This document shows positions 10,250 to 22,375 of a stretch of 64,000 nt of DNA, piece after piece. Position numbers and translations under genes: made by a program. The DNA lies in assembly GCF_039654945.1 (NCBI RefSeq), contig NW_027361722.1:17298001-17362000 (forward strand), read 5' to 3'. Origin of the DNA: Dendrobates tinctorius (Eukaryota). The notes under the pieces were generated by a model, which did no database searches, had not been told where the DNA came from, and saw only the letters and a list, made by a program, of their open reading frames with translations. Within the stretch, counting starts at the first letter, position 1. The number at the start of each line of letters is the position of its first letter.

Positions 10250-13200
10250 CTACACCTCCGACTGGACCAACTCGTAGTCAGGAAGATGGCGCTCTTCAGT
10301 CTCGTCATTGCATAGACTTGGTGGATGATGAATTCCAATGAGGAGGTCATAAATAAATGACCCAATGACCCCACCAACCATGGGGCCCACTACTGGTACC
10401 CACCACCAGTGACCTCCAGCCCTAGAAGACAAAAATAATCAGAAATAGGTTAACAACTCAGATTTGTGAGATGTCCTACCACCCAAAATAACCATACAAG
10501 TTACTAGTCAACAAGCTTATCGGAAGACTCCTTAATGTCTTAAGTCACGGAAAAGTTCTATATAATAACTGAAGTTGACGTCTTCCCAGTATTCACGTCA
10601 CTGTAACAAGACTGTGCAGAAACTGAAAGAGCAGGGGATGCTGGAAGATTTCAGCTCTCGAGTTTACAAAATTATGAACAGACAATTACACGGCACAAGA
10701 CATATGCTTATTAATATTATTTAGTACACGTAAAAGAGGATGAGAAAAAAAAAACAAAAACACACAAACAAAAGGAAAACCATACACAAGTTACCTGAAG
10801 ACTTCAGCACCCCAACCAGCAAGCGCCGTGAAGAAGCGAGGGGCTAGGTCCCGGGCTGGATTTATGGGGTATCCACAGTTGAATCCCATAGAAAGACCAA
10901 CAAGCAAGACTATCAAACCAATCACAAACGGTTGAAGACCCCGGGGGGCTGCATTATTTTTCTCATCAATAATGGCCAGGAGGCAAATCATTAAGGCAGC
11001 AGTGGCGATCACCTGGGTTGGGAAAAAAAAAAAAAAAAAAAAAGTATATTTATTCAGGGGCAGACCTATTCCTGGAGGGGTGGAGCCTAATAGTCTAATG
11101 ATCTACATTCTTTATTTATATTTTTTTCAGCCTAGTGTGAGCTTCCAGTCTTATGGTTCTTCTGTCAAGAAGAGCCTCCAGTAAATACTGTGTAGCCAGG
11201 ATAATATTTTTCCCCACCTTGTAGCGTTGAACGCCAAATGGGTCTTGAGCTACCAATTCATTAGAGATGTCTTGTATAGAACCCCAAACCACAAAATTAT
11301 ACTTTGCCTGCACCAGTCTGGAAAGGACTTGAGGGAGGAGCATTGTAAGGAGGGGATTGGGCTCCTCCCCATGTCCTTTCCAGATTGATGCAGACAAAAC
11401 AGAGGTGTTTTATATGTAATTTAAAAGCCATGTATTTTTCCCCCATGGAGACTTTACCTGATCTGAGAATCCATTAGCCACGCTCAGATGTTCTGATGGA
11501 TAAGACGCAAATATCCCAGCAGTCGCTTGTGGCCCGTACACCGTCCAGTTCCCGCCACTGTACACATGAAGGGCATCTAGAGGTCACCAATAAAAGATAA
11601 GCGATTGGCAGTTGTACAAAATTACAGGACAGTTATAAAGTCCATTTTCAGATACCTTATTATAACATGGGGAGTTAAAGGGGGCACCTCAATAGTAATA
11701 TATCAGCAAGGGGAGGTGGTCCCTCTAAAGGATACAGAACATGAAGACCATGGAATTTGATACCATGTAAAGCTACAGATCACCTGTAGGAGGCGCTGCA
11801 TAGAAAGAAACAATTGCAGAATACAGAATCACAATAGTGAGATAAAGTTATTTTTACAAATTAGGAGAAAAGTAGAACCTAAAGGATTACACAGGATTTA
11901 AGGCAGCCACCTTCTGACAGCTCAAGATGTCAACTGTTGTAAAATCCAGCGATCGGGTGCACAATCCTCCCCTGAAGCTGCTCTCCACACAAGTATTACA
12001 CTGTACCCAGGTTAGCAGGCTGCTCATAATGGACCGACCAGTCAAAAAGCATCTCATGGTTTGATCTCTTACCAAAATACAAGACAAATACCAGGCTTGC
12101 GCCAAAAAAGGATCCGAGGAATTGTGCCACAAAGTAGACGATCATGAGCTCACAGGTCATCTTCTTTAGGAGGTACATGGAGAAAGACACAGCTGGATTG
12201 AGATGCGCGCCTGGAGTGTAACGGGAAATGGGTTATCAGAAACCTAAAAACACCAGCAGAATAGTGAGTGCAGCTCTGGGGGTATAATACAGGATGTAAC
12301 TCAGGATCAGTAACGTAATGTGTGTACACAGTGACTGCACCAGCAGAATAGTGAGTGCAGCTCTGGAGTATAATACAGGATGTAACTCAGGATCAGTAAT
12401 GTATGTACACAGTGACTGCACCAGCAGAATAGTGAGTGCAGCTCTGGGGAATAATACAGGATGTAACTCAGGATCAGTAATGTAATGTATGTACACAGTG
12501 ACTGCACCAGCAGAATAGTGAGTGCAGCTCTGGGGTATAATACAGGATGTAACTCGGGATCAGTAATGTATGTACACAGTGACTGCACCAGCAGAATAGT
12601 GAGTGCAGCTCTGGGGTATAATACAGGATGTAACTCGGGATCAGTAATGTATGTACACAGTGACTGCACCAGCAGAATAGTGAGTGCAGCTCTGGGGAAT
12701 AATACAGGATGTAACTCAGGATCAGTAATGTAATGTATGTACACAGTGACTCCACCAGCAGAATAGTGAGTGCAGCTCTGGGGTATAATACAGGAGGTAA
12801 CTCAGGATCAGTAATGTAATGTATATACACAGTGACTGCACCAGCAGAATAGTGAGTGCAGCTCTGGGGGTATAATACAGGAGGTAACTCAGGATCAGTA
12901 ATGTAATGTATGTACACAGTGACTGCACCAGCAGAATAGTGAGTGCAGCTCTGGGGTATAATACAGGAGGTAACTCAGGATCAGTAATGTATGTGCACAG
13001 TGACTGCACCAGTAGAATAGTGAGTGCAGCTCCGGGGTATAATACAGGATGTAACTCAGGATCAGTAATGTAAATACACAGTGACTGCACCAGCAGAATA
13101 GTGAGTACAGCTGACCTTTTTATATAAATCACATCATCAATACATGCAAAGTTTTAATACACTTCTTGTAACCTGCTCACCTCATCAACATAGAATGTTA

Positions 13201-13706
13201 AAAAAAAAAAAAAAAAAAAAAATCCATAGTTACCCACTCACCTGAGATTCCAGCACAGACATACGAGCCAGCAGTGACCGCAAAACCAAACGCCATATTG
13301 ACGCTTAGAAACTGAGCTTTGGCAAAACCACTCAGCTCCATCTGAGCCACAGAACCGCAGCCAAATAACTAAGGGAAGAAAGTGAACTGTGAAAGACAGT
13401 TCTTGCATGACACTTGCACTGATAACCACTTCCATATACATACTGCAGGGCCACGCACTTTTATATAAAAGTGATCGTATATGGTACAGAATCTCTTAAC
13501 CACTTCAAAGAGGTTCTGCAGCAGTTGGGATGTATTACATGAAATAACAGTGTTACAGAACATGACAGCACTTTACTTACAATTAATATGGCAGTCCCTA
13601 AAAACTCCGCCAGCCCGCAGCGCACATAGGGATTAGTGGTCCTAAACATACGTTTGAGCGTCTCCAGTGATCGCTCATGCAGACTCATCTCATCCATATC
13701 CGCCAT
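10250..13706 (-). CDS. Aquaglyceroporin copy 1 (AQP3/7/9/10 class, probably AQP13/AQPxlo-like), 6 exons, 299 aa
   Basis: Exons 13581-13706, 13242-13368, 12073-12210, 11458-11576, 10795-11012, 10250-10421; all GT-AG; sum 900 nt and open. Internal exon sizes 127/138/119/218 are typical of aquaglyceroporins. Motifs [29 protein letters not shown]. Confidence 0.96.
12251..13112. repeat. 81-87 bp tandem minisatellite (~10.5 copies) in intron 2 of AQP copy 1
   Basis: Unit acagtgactgcaccagcagaatagtgagtgcagctctggggtataatacaggatgtaactcaggatcagtaatgtatgtac. Confidence 0.97.
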
Positions 13707-13830
13707 GTCCCTGACCCTCTGACTGCAGCTGCTTTTCCTTCACAGCTGCACTTTCTATCCTCCTGATATAGGACCCAATCTACTGACCTGGGCTCTGATC
13801 GAAGTGCAGCTGATTCTGAGCTCCATTAAC

Positions 13831-13837
13831 TATTTAA
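13831..13837 (-). promoter_or_regulatory. TATA-like element upstream of AQP copy 1
   Basis: TTAAATA on minus about 125 nt upstream of the ATG, at the edge of the block shared with copy 2. Confidence 0.35.
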
Positions 13838-14435
13838 CTCTCACTACAATGACAGCGCCATTTTCTGGAGTGAGGCGTTTTGTTCTTTAAGATATTGGGG
13901 CTTGGACAATATAAGAAAAAAAAGATTTGTGGAGTCAAATTTGCCAAATTAATTCTCTTAATAAATATTCCATATTTTGGATCGTCCTAAAACCTGAAAA
14001 TGAAATCCAACAGGCGTAGATTTGTACTAAAAGTTGCTCCATTTTCTGGCCTAAGGCTTAATAAGTGTATCTTACGCCCCCTTCACACGTCCGTTTTTGT
14101 GGTCCGTGTGTGGCTCATTTTTTAAATACCGCACACCCGTTCTTTTCTATGCCTGGTGCACACATGTCAGTTTTTTCTTTTTTGACACAGACAGTGTGTC
14201 CATGTGAAAAACCCGCAGTCCTTTTTTTTTTCATCAGCACAGAGGAAATGCTTTCCGCACACGTGAACACTGATCACATCTATGTAACATCTGCGTGTCA
14301 CGTCCCGGAATTAAATGCTCTGGCGGCGGCCAGGAAAATAAAAATCTGAGCTTTTCCTAGGTGCTGACTACAACTCTCATCATTCTCAGGTCTCCCTGCA
14401 GTCAGCGAGACTAGGCAACGCTGAGAACAGTTTTA

Positions 14436-14652
14436 GGCCACGGTCAGACTTGCAAGTGCAATGAGAGAAACTCGCGCTAGTCTCTCGCATCAATACCCGG
14501 CACTGCCGCCGCCACTCAGACAGGAATGTGCAGCTGCATGTATTTCTATGCAGCCGCACACTCCGGTCCCGAGTGCCGGCAGCAGTGCCAGGTGTTGAAG
14601 CGAGAAACTTGCGTGAGTTTCTCGCATCACACTCGCAAGTCTGACCCCGGCC
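14436..14652. mobile_element. Palindromic MITE, PIF/Harbinger-like
   Basis: TIRs GGCCACGGTCAGACTTGC / GCAAGTCTGACCCCGGCC, preceded by TTA; related to 47437-47652. Confidence 0.7.
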
Positions 14653-15830
14653 TGGAAATATCAGGAGGCTTTCTATTTTCCCTGTCGCGCATTAAATAAA
14701 ATTTTTTAAAAAAACGTTGTGGTGTCCCTCCTATATTTTAAAACCAGCACAGATAAAGCAGACAGCTGAGAGCTGGGACAGTTCAGGGCTAATGGCCCGT
14801 CCCGAGCCAAAAAATAGAGGCCCGCAGCCACCACAGAATTGGCGCATCACATTAGATATGCCAATTCTGGCTCTTTACCCATCTCATCCTGATTGCCCTG
14901 GTGTAAGAGGGTGGCCGGACGATATTCGTAGTCGAGGACACTGAGGCTCTGGTGTCCTGACCTCCTCCCACAGAAAAACCATCAGCTTCTACCGGTGTAC
15001 CTGTTCGAGATGCTCGTCCACCATCAGGGATTTCACTGTAGTGTGACCCAATTCCTGCACACTTGGTTCCAGCACTCAGGGTTGAAATAACGGACACAGA
15101 TACCGGTTCTGATGCCAAATCAACGATTTTACTTTCTTCTTCAACGGTCCAGGACACATCAGTTATATTACAGTTCACACAGCCTTCCTCCTGCACTTTC
15201 CCTTGCTTGCTTTCTACATCCTTACGCACATTCCAGGGTAGTAGCGCCCTTGGCGGTACCGCAGCATCACTCCTGTGTGACCTCAACCCCCTACATTCTC
15301 CCTTTCCTAAAATTTGGTCGTCCCGACCAAACCAACTACAATATTTACACAATACATAGAAAACATCCTAAAGAATTTACACTGTACATAACTTAGAAAG
15401 TGCAATCTTGGCTCAGAGTCCTCCAGGTTAAGTCCATCAATATATACATTATATATATATATATATATACAGTATAACATATTTTTGCAATAATACGGCC
15501 CGTTTTTTCCAGATGCCATCAGTCTTTCTGAAGTAGAGCTCCCCCTTTCCTTAAGGAGAGCAGGTTTCCTCATCAGCAAGAAAAACATATATTTATTTTT
15601 GCACATGGATCATTAGCATTATGGGGACACGAAACAGTCCTTCCGCAATATTTGTCAGGCGCAACAAGTGCAACTTTTTTTCTTAAAGCGACAGTACTCA
15701 GCGGCGGACATCCCGGTCCGACGCATCCGGTGCCACCGGAAACGGAACCTGATTCCGTTGCCGGTGGCTACTGTTGTACGACTGTGCAGCTGCAGAATCA
15801 TAAGACATCAAAGGGTGAGATGCACCGCGG

Positions 15831-16697
15831 TGTTAGGAACGGCGGAACGCACTGAATAAAAATAAATAATAAAGTGCGTTCGCCGCTTGGGGTCCACCGT
15901 GCAGTAGGTGTTTCACCGCTGCTAGATAATGGCAGATGCACAATATGGCGGTATATCGCACACGGGTTGAACATCACCCAAATGCGGTAAGCAATCTCTG
16001 TTTGCTCACAGAGATGTCAGCAGAGGTAAACACAAAAGGCTGAGCCTGTTAGTGTCACAGGTCTCAGGTAAATGCACACACGGTATCTGGTCACAGGACA
16101 GAACCCAAAACACAGGAGCTGCATCCGTCTAGACCTACCGTGCGTGCGGCGTCGCTACTGCGGATGCTAAAGTGGGCTGCAACTGCAGCGCAGCGTAGAA
16201 CACTGCCGCTAGTCGACAAAGCAAGGAAGCACGTGCAATGTCGGACGCTAGCACTGTGGATGATGTTGTAGCGGCTTGAGGCTTGCCACGCGTTGGCGCT
16301 GACTCTAATCTAAGTCCCTGTCCACATTCGTAATATCAGAGGAAGGGGATCTTAATGAGTCATTCGCAGGTTCATACATCCATCATCATTCACACAGTAG
16401 CGACTATACTAGCGCATGGCCGAACGGTCATGCACGCTTTTTATAGCCGGGACCTTCCGAAAGCTTCCAGATCTCCGAGATGGACCAATGAGATCTGGAG
16501 CAGGACCTGGGCACATGACTCTCGATCTCAAATGGGAGATCGTCTCGTGAGCATGCCCAGTAGGAGAACAGAGGGACTTAGTCCCTGGAGCGATCTGCTG
16601 CAAAGCAATCTCCTCTTTGGTAGATAGACAGCAGGAGACCGCAGAATGTGAGGTTCTGGATTCCTGCAGAGTAGATGCAGAAACCTGACGCCTAACA
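15831..16697 (-). mobile_element. Solo LTR (867 bp)
   Basis: Termini TGTTAGG..CCTAACA, perfect 5-bp TSD CGCGG (15826-15830, 16698-16702), TATAAAAA on minus near 16440. Confidence 0.9.
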
Positions 16698-16770
16698 CGC
16701 GGGGTGTAGAAGATGGTGGTGGGGCAGCCTGCTCCGGCTGTGGAAATAGCCCCATGTAATCCTCACGTAG

Positions 16771-16958
16771 GAGGGTCACCGCGACCGCATAATACCCCAC
16801 GGACAATCTTCCTTAAAAAAGAACACTTCATCGCCCTACTTCAGGGCTCTGCCGAATCTGATGGAGGCCGCGTTTAGGTAGACCTTCGCGTTGGTCCCGT
16901 CTTCCCTGATGAAGCCGTACCCCCGCTCAATGTCCACGTACGCTAACCGACCTCGGTG
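16771..16958 (-). pseudogene. Decayed cold-shock-domain (CSD) coding sequence
   Basis: Manual translation HRGRLAYVDIERGYGFIREDGTNAKVYLNAASIRFGRALK*GDEVFFFKEDCPWG/YYAVAV fits the CSD pattern (RNP1 GYGFI, L.EGD.V.F, A..V); one stop, one frameshift. Confidence 0.65.
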
Positions 16959-17230
16959 CGCCCGCCTGCCAGAGCGCTTCCACCCTGCTGCAGCTCGGCC
17001 CACACCTACTTTTCTCGCTGCTTCTTTTTTTTAGATTATATCTTTCACCCAGGCCGCCTGCCTGGGGGTGGGGAAGGGCACCTCCGGTGTTAGGGAGAAG
17101 TGGGGAGCGCCCAGGCCTGCAGAGGTGGAGGGTACTGCAAAGGCTGTCGGGTAGGAATTGGCGGCTGCACCCCCCTTAGGGATGTGATCTTGGGGTTCTT
17201 CCTTACCTCTGACACCAAGGCTCTTCTCCC

Positions 17231-17532
17231 ATGATTGCTCAGTTTGGCTTAACGGCCAGGTCTAGGAAGACTTCTGGTGGTCCCAAACTTCTTCCATTTA
17301 AGGATTATGGAGGCCAGTGTGCTCTTAAGAACCTTGAGTGCTGCAAAAATTCTTTTGTAACCTTGGCCAGATGTGTACCTTGCCACAATTCTGTCTCTGA
17401 GCTCCTTGGCCAGTTCCTTTGACCTTTGTAACCTTGGCCAGATGTGTGCCTTGCCACAATTCTGTCTCTGATCTCCTTGGCCAGTTCCTTTGACCTCATG
17501 ATTCTCATTCGGTCTGACATGCACTGTGAGAG
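17231..17532 (-). mobile_element. Tc1-like transposase N-terminal fragment with a 71-bp internal duplication
   Basis: MRSKELAKEIRDRIVARHTSGQGYK..LKVLKSTLASIILKWKKFGTTRSLPRPGR (paired-like HTH and GRP-type linker). Confidence 0.88.
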
Positions 17533-17992
17533 TCAATGGCTCCATCAGTGCATGCACCCGTTTTCTAGGGCTTCAGACGTAAACCCCGACTGAGCCCCTG
17601 ACATGAGGGTAACACAAAATATGAACGTAGCCTAAAAAACACAGAAGGAGTAGGAGTAAATTGGAAGTCTCAAGAGACTCCTGGTTGGATTTCGAGGCAC
17701 TTTTTGAGCATTTTATAAGCATATTTGCCTTAAAAAATGTGAGCATTGGATTCAATTGGCTTAATAATTGTCAAAAATGTGGGAAAATCATCCCCCTAAA
17801 GGCTCGCTCACACTGGCGCATAATACGCAGGAGTGCAATGTGAGAAAACATGGCATTGAACTCTGACCAATGTTATTAAATGAGTCAGTATTTATCTGTG
17901 AGTTTTTTTCAGTTCAGATCAGACTGGGAATTGCTAGAATTGAATCACACTCCCCAATGCAAGTCAAAGGGTGCGACCAAAAAAAAAGCATA

Positions 17993-18920
17993 ATGTGCAC
18001 AAGGAGTGTGGATCATTTCCGAGAGTGCTTCAACAATACAGTTCCAGAGTTGATAAAGTAGTAATGGTGGTTTATCCAACGCGTTTCAAGGTCTTAATGA
18101 CCCCTTCTTCAGTTACGTTATAAAAAGGTTCTCAACCGAAAAAGGGAAGGGAATCAGGGGAGAACCCACAGAGGAAAGCATCCAAGCACCAGATTTGGCC
18201 GCGCTGTAAACGAGCCACCGAAACAGTCAATGAAGCTCGTGAATGGATATGTGTATTTTTTTATATATTTTTGCAGAAATATTTTAACCATTTTTTTGGT
18301 AACAATTTTTATTATACATATATATTCTTTTTTTAATATGAATTACTAATAAAGGCTTACTGCCCTTTTTTTTGGTGGTATTTCAACAAAACCTCTCATT
18401 TTCACTACATATCCATTCACAAGCTTCATTGACTGTTTCGTTGGCTCGTTTACAGCGCGGCCAAATCTGGTGCTTGGATGCTTTCCTCTGTGGGTTCTCC
18501 CCTGATTCCTTTCCCTTTTTTTGGTTGAGAACCTTTTTATAACGTAACTATGGTTTATACAATGAATCATAACATTTCTTTATTTGTATGAATTTTTCAC
18601 CTTGATTTTCTGCAAAAGATATAAATTTACTAGTAAGAAATTGAAACTTTATTTATTTTGTGCCGATAAACAAGCTTTAATTGTCCCTTATTTTGAATCT
18701 TGATACCACGTGGTAAGTGAATGTTTGTCGCCGTTTTTTGAATCATGTAGGTATTTAAGGATTGTAAGTGTACTGTTGCTCTATGTTTTGTGTGGCATCT
18801 CCTGAAGAAGGGGTCATTGAGACCTTGGAACGCGTTAAATAAACCACCATTACTACTTTATCAACTCTGGAACTGTATTGTTGATGCAGGGCGGAAATAA
18901 TCCACACTCCTTGTGCACAT
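17993..18920. mobile_element. Penelope-like inverted-repeat remnant carrying hammerhead motifs
   Basis: Inverted arms 17993-18112/18802-18920 and 18112-18254/18407-18548; CTGAAGA..GAAACGCGTT core in the outer arms. Confidence 0.65.
18071..18112 (-). ncRNA. Minimal hammerhead ribozyme motif (Penelope type)
   Basis: CTGAAGA-A-GGGGTC-ATTAA-GACCTT-GAAA-CGCGTT; stem I looks disrupted. Confidence 0.5.
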
Positions 18921-19138
18921 TGTTTCATAGAGTCGTTAACCATCCCGTGGATCTGCAGCGGCCGATATCTTTGAGCCTTTATCTTGCACCACCAGGTGAG
19001 CAGTTTCTTGGAGATTCCGGTTTCAAATCTGTGGCATAAGACCCTATTTGTGCTTTCTTCCTCTTTCTTTAAACACGCATGTGGCATCCGATTTCTATTC
19101 ACACATCTCAAAGGGATTGATTGATGGATGAATGGACT

Positions 19139-19287
19139 GGGAGCAGCAGCCAATGCCGGTTCTCACGCTGCGCTCTGCGAGAGCCCGGCTGCTTTGATGC
19201 AGGGTTACATCAGTAAGGTTACCGTAGCTTACAGCTGCTGGGTCCTCACAGAGCGCAGCGTGAGAACCGGCATTGGCTGCTGCTCCT
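19139..19287. repeat. Hairpin/inverted repeat with ~42-bp arms inside a non-autonomous DNA element
   Basis: ggagcagcagccaatgccggttctcacgctgcgctctg and its reverse complement. Confidence 0.85.
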
Positions 19288-22021
19288 ATATATGGAGCTT
19301 CGTTCTCTGAACGGGGCTCCATACACTGGATGTCGTAGGATCTCCATTTTTTGGATTACGGCGGACCAGTGTAGATTATTTCCTTATTGTAATAAATGAG
19401 CAAAAGAGAGAAATTGTCGGAAAGTGATTTTTACAAATAAAGGACTTTTCTGTGTGTTTGCTAACCTTGTAGTCAAAAGAATTAAACAAAGGGGGGGTTT
19501 GACAGGCACGTCTCCACTACTAACCCATGGGCTTGTTGTTAGCCACAGCTACTGACCTCAACCCCACAAACCCATTACCCCAATTGCCAGCTCCCCAGGG
19601 CAACTGGGAAGAGCCGAAGCTAAGCAACAGAATTGATGCATCTAATTGGGGCTAGTGTTCTTAGGCTGTTCTTATAATGTAAGCCCACAGCTGTCTGCTT
19701 AGCCTTTGCTAGTTATTAAAAATAGGAGGGACCCCACATCATTTTTTTGGGGGGGGTCCGCCTTTTTAATAACCAGTAAAGGCTAAGCAGACAGCTGTGA
19801 GCTGATATTAATAAACTGGAAAGCTTCATAGTTATTGGGCACTTCCCAGCATAATAAGACAAGCTCACAGCTGTTTGCTTTCCCTTGGCTGATTATTAAA
19901 AATAGGGGAGGACCCCATACCATATATTAGCTAAATACATGTACAGTACGGCACTAATTATGTATCTTGTGGATATCTTTCTATGTATCTATATATAAGG
20001 TTGCTTTATTAGTTTGAAAAATAGCTTTAAATGACATAGAAAATTACAGTATGTAAAAGATGATGTGTAAAACCCATTCCATGTCGTACGTATGCTAGGT
20101 GAGAACATCGCACACTCACATGATACAAGTTGAATCATACAGATTCCACTCATCCAACTTTTCAGAAGCAATTTCGGAGCTATTTTTTAGATGCTAATTC
20201 TGGATAAAAAAAAAAGTTTTCTGCAGCCGTTTCCATTTGACCAACTCGTCATTTTTGACCATGTATACAAAAATGTAGTGTGAACATATCCTTAAAAAAT
20301 GCAAAAAAAAACAAGAAAAAAAAAAAAATCTATAGTAAAGTATAGAGCAACTTCGCAGTCGAAAACGCCTGGTAAAACACAATTAGATTTGCACCGACTC
20401 CAGTGGTCACACTTAAGCACTTTTACTCCATTCACACAAGGAACTTTGGGACCTCCTTCCGTGGGCCTCACCAGACGAATCACCTCACCCAGTGATCATA
20501 CATTTTTTATCTATTCTGTGGCTATGTAATATATTTTGCTCATGGGACAGCCTTTAAGTTGAGATCATCTTGCTGGTTCTTCTCCGAGAAGAGACTGTTT
20601 AGGGTGCAGTCAGATGGCCATATAAATCGGACCGAGCGAGATTGCAACGCATTGATCAGACTGACCGGCGGATCTGCCTACCTGAGCGTGACAGCTACAC
20701 AGAAATATATGAAGCGGTCTTGCGAGCAGCCGGCCAGTCCAAGCATTTTGATCTGATCTCGGTCCGATTTATACGGGAAGTCTTTGCCTTGATAACCTGT
20801 GGTTGAAGGCTTGACGGTGACATTCTGTTTTGGGATTGTGGTTTGCGTTCTTGTCTGACTCTTATAATACAGGCATGGGAAGAAGCCATTTATTACGCAT
20901 TTTTTCTTGAATCCAATTTTTCCTTTCCTAAATAGCAGAATTTCGTTTTCAGTGCTCGCAAAAAATGTTTTACATGTGGTGTTGCCAGGCATGCAATTAC
21001 CTAAACTAATAAGACGTAAAAATTTATAAAAAAATAAAAATATATATATAGTTAATTGTAGAATTAGTGTTTTTCACACGCCACAATCATCCCCATCTCC
21101 GAAAGAAGTCCACTATAAAGACTATATAACCCCCAAAATGGTATCACAAGAACCAAGCCCTCGTGTTCATCCATCAGCAGAAAAAAGTCAAAAGTTACAG
21201 ATTCAAGAAAATGGCGACAAAAGCAAAACTATGCAAGTGTGGCATTGCTGTAATTGTGCTGAACTTTAGGATCTTCTTTCCAAGTCATTTTTATCGTTTA
21301 ATGGACACTAAAAAAAAAAAAAAAAAAAAAAAAATTGTAAAATAGCCTTTTATTTTTTTGCAGTTTTTCCCCCACTTGGAATTTTTTACTTCTGTCTTCC
21401 ACTACATCAAATGGTAAAATGAATGTTGTGATTTAAAAGTACAGCTCGCCCAGAAAAAAAAAAAATGAAAAAGTGAAAAAAAAAAAAAAAGTGAATAAAA
21501 AGTAAAGACTCCTGGAAAATGAGAAGGAGAAATAAAAAAAAATGGCTGCAGCTGGCCTAGGGGGTTTAAAAAACAAAAGTCTGATTTTTATGGCTGGTTC
21601 TGTTGCTACTCCTGGTCGTCTACCATCTTAATTTCTTTTTTTCTTCTGACATTGTTCCCTGATTGCAGACTACATTTCCCATGATGTCTCTTGCTTTGCA
21701 GAGGAGGCGATGTGTAGCCACACCAATTTGCCATTTCTTTCTACCCTTGCTGGTGGAGTTGTCAGAGGGACATTCAGCAGATGCATGAGACTACAAGGCG
21801 TAGACCCAAATCCAGAACTGTCCGCAGTATCCAGGACAGTTGGGACTAAAGTTGACTGGATCGATTTGTACTAGAACGGTCGAGGGGGGGGGTGGACACT
21901 TCAGCACAATCTGTACTCACTGTGCTGACAGCTGCTTCATCCCTGGTGCATCCCACGTTCCTTCTGGAATTCAAGAGAACTGGAGGCAGAGCCCAGCATA
22001 ACTTCAAACAGGAAAGATTTA

Positions 22022-22375
22022 GGCTGAGTGCAGACGGAGTTTTGAGCCCTGCGGATTTTTCCGTGCAGAATGGAAGAAAACCGCAGGTCAAATGACCTGC
22101 ATTTTTCCTGCGGATTTCTTCCATTTTTCACGCGGTTTTCGTGCGGTTTTCCATTGCGGTTTTCCCCCTGCGGATTTGGTAACAGGGGAGATAGAAAACC
22201 GCACAAAAGGAGTAACATGCTGCGGATTTTGTACCGCAGGAAAACCGCGCGGAAAAATCCGCAGCGTCTGCACAGCGTTTTTTTTCATTTTAAAGGTACT
22301 GTACATCACAATGCGGATATGCAACGTTTCTGCGCGGTAAAATCCGCTGCAAATCTGCATCGTGTGCACATGGCC
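22022..22375. mobile_element. PIF/Harbinger-type MITE
   Basis: TTA TSDs, TIRs GGCTGAGTGCAGACG / CGTGTGCACATGGCC, many internal tgcgg/ccgca motifs. Confidence 0.8.

Larger units (their letters stand above)
14935..17230 (-). mobile_element. Remnant of an LTR retroelement (3' internal region, PPT, start of 3' LTR) interrupted by a solo LTR
   Basis: On minus: purine tract AGGAAAGGGAGAA directly followed by TGTAGGGG at 15295; GC-rich decayed coding sequence upstream; outer limits approximate. Confidence 0.5.

Noticed and set aside
12236-13132. Repeat array resembling CRISPR, and overlapping ORFs
   Set aside because: Units are contiguous with no unique spacers and there are no cas genes; this is an intronic minisatellite in a eukaryote
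14852-15352. 166-aa ORF as a host gene
   Set aside because: Crosses a PPT-LTR junction and runs into another repeat; no recognisable domain
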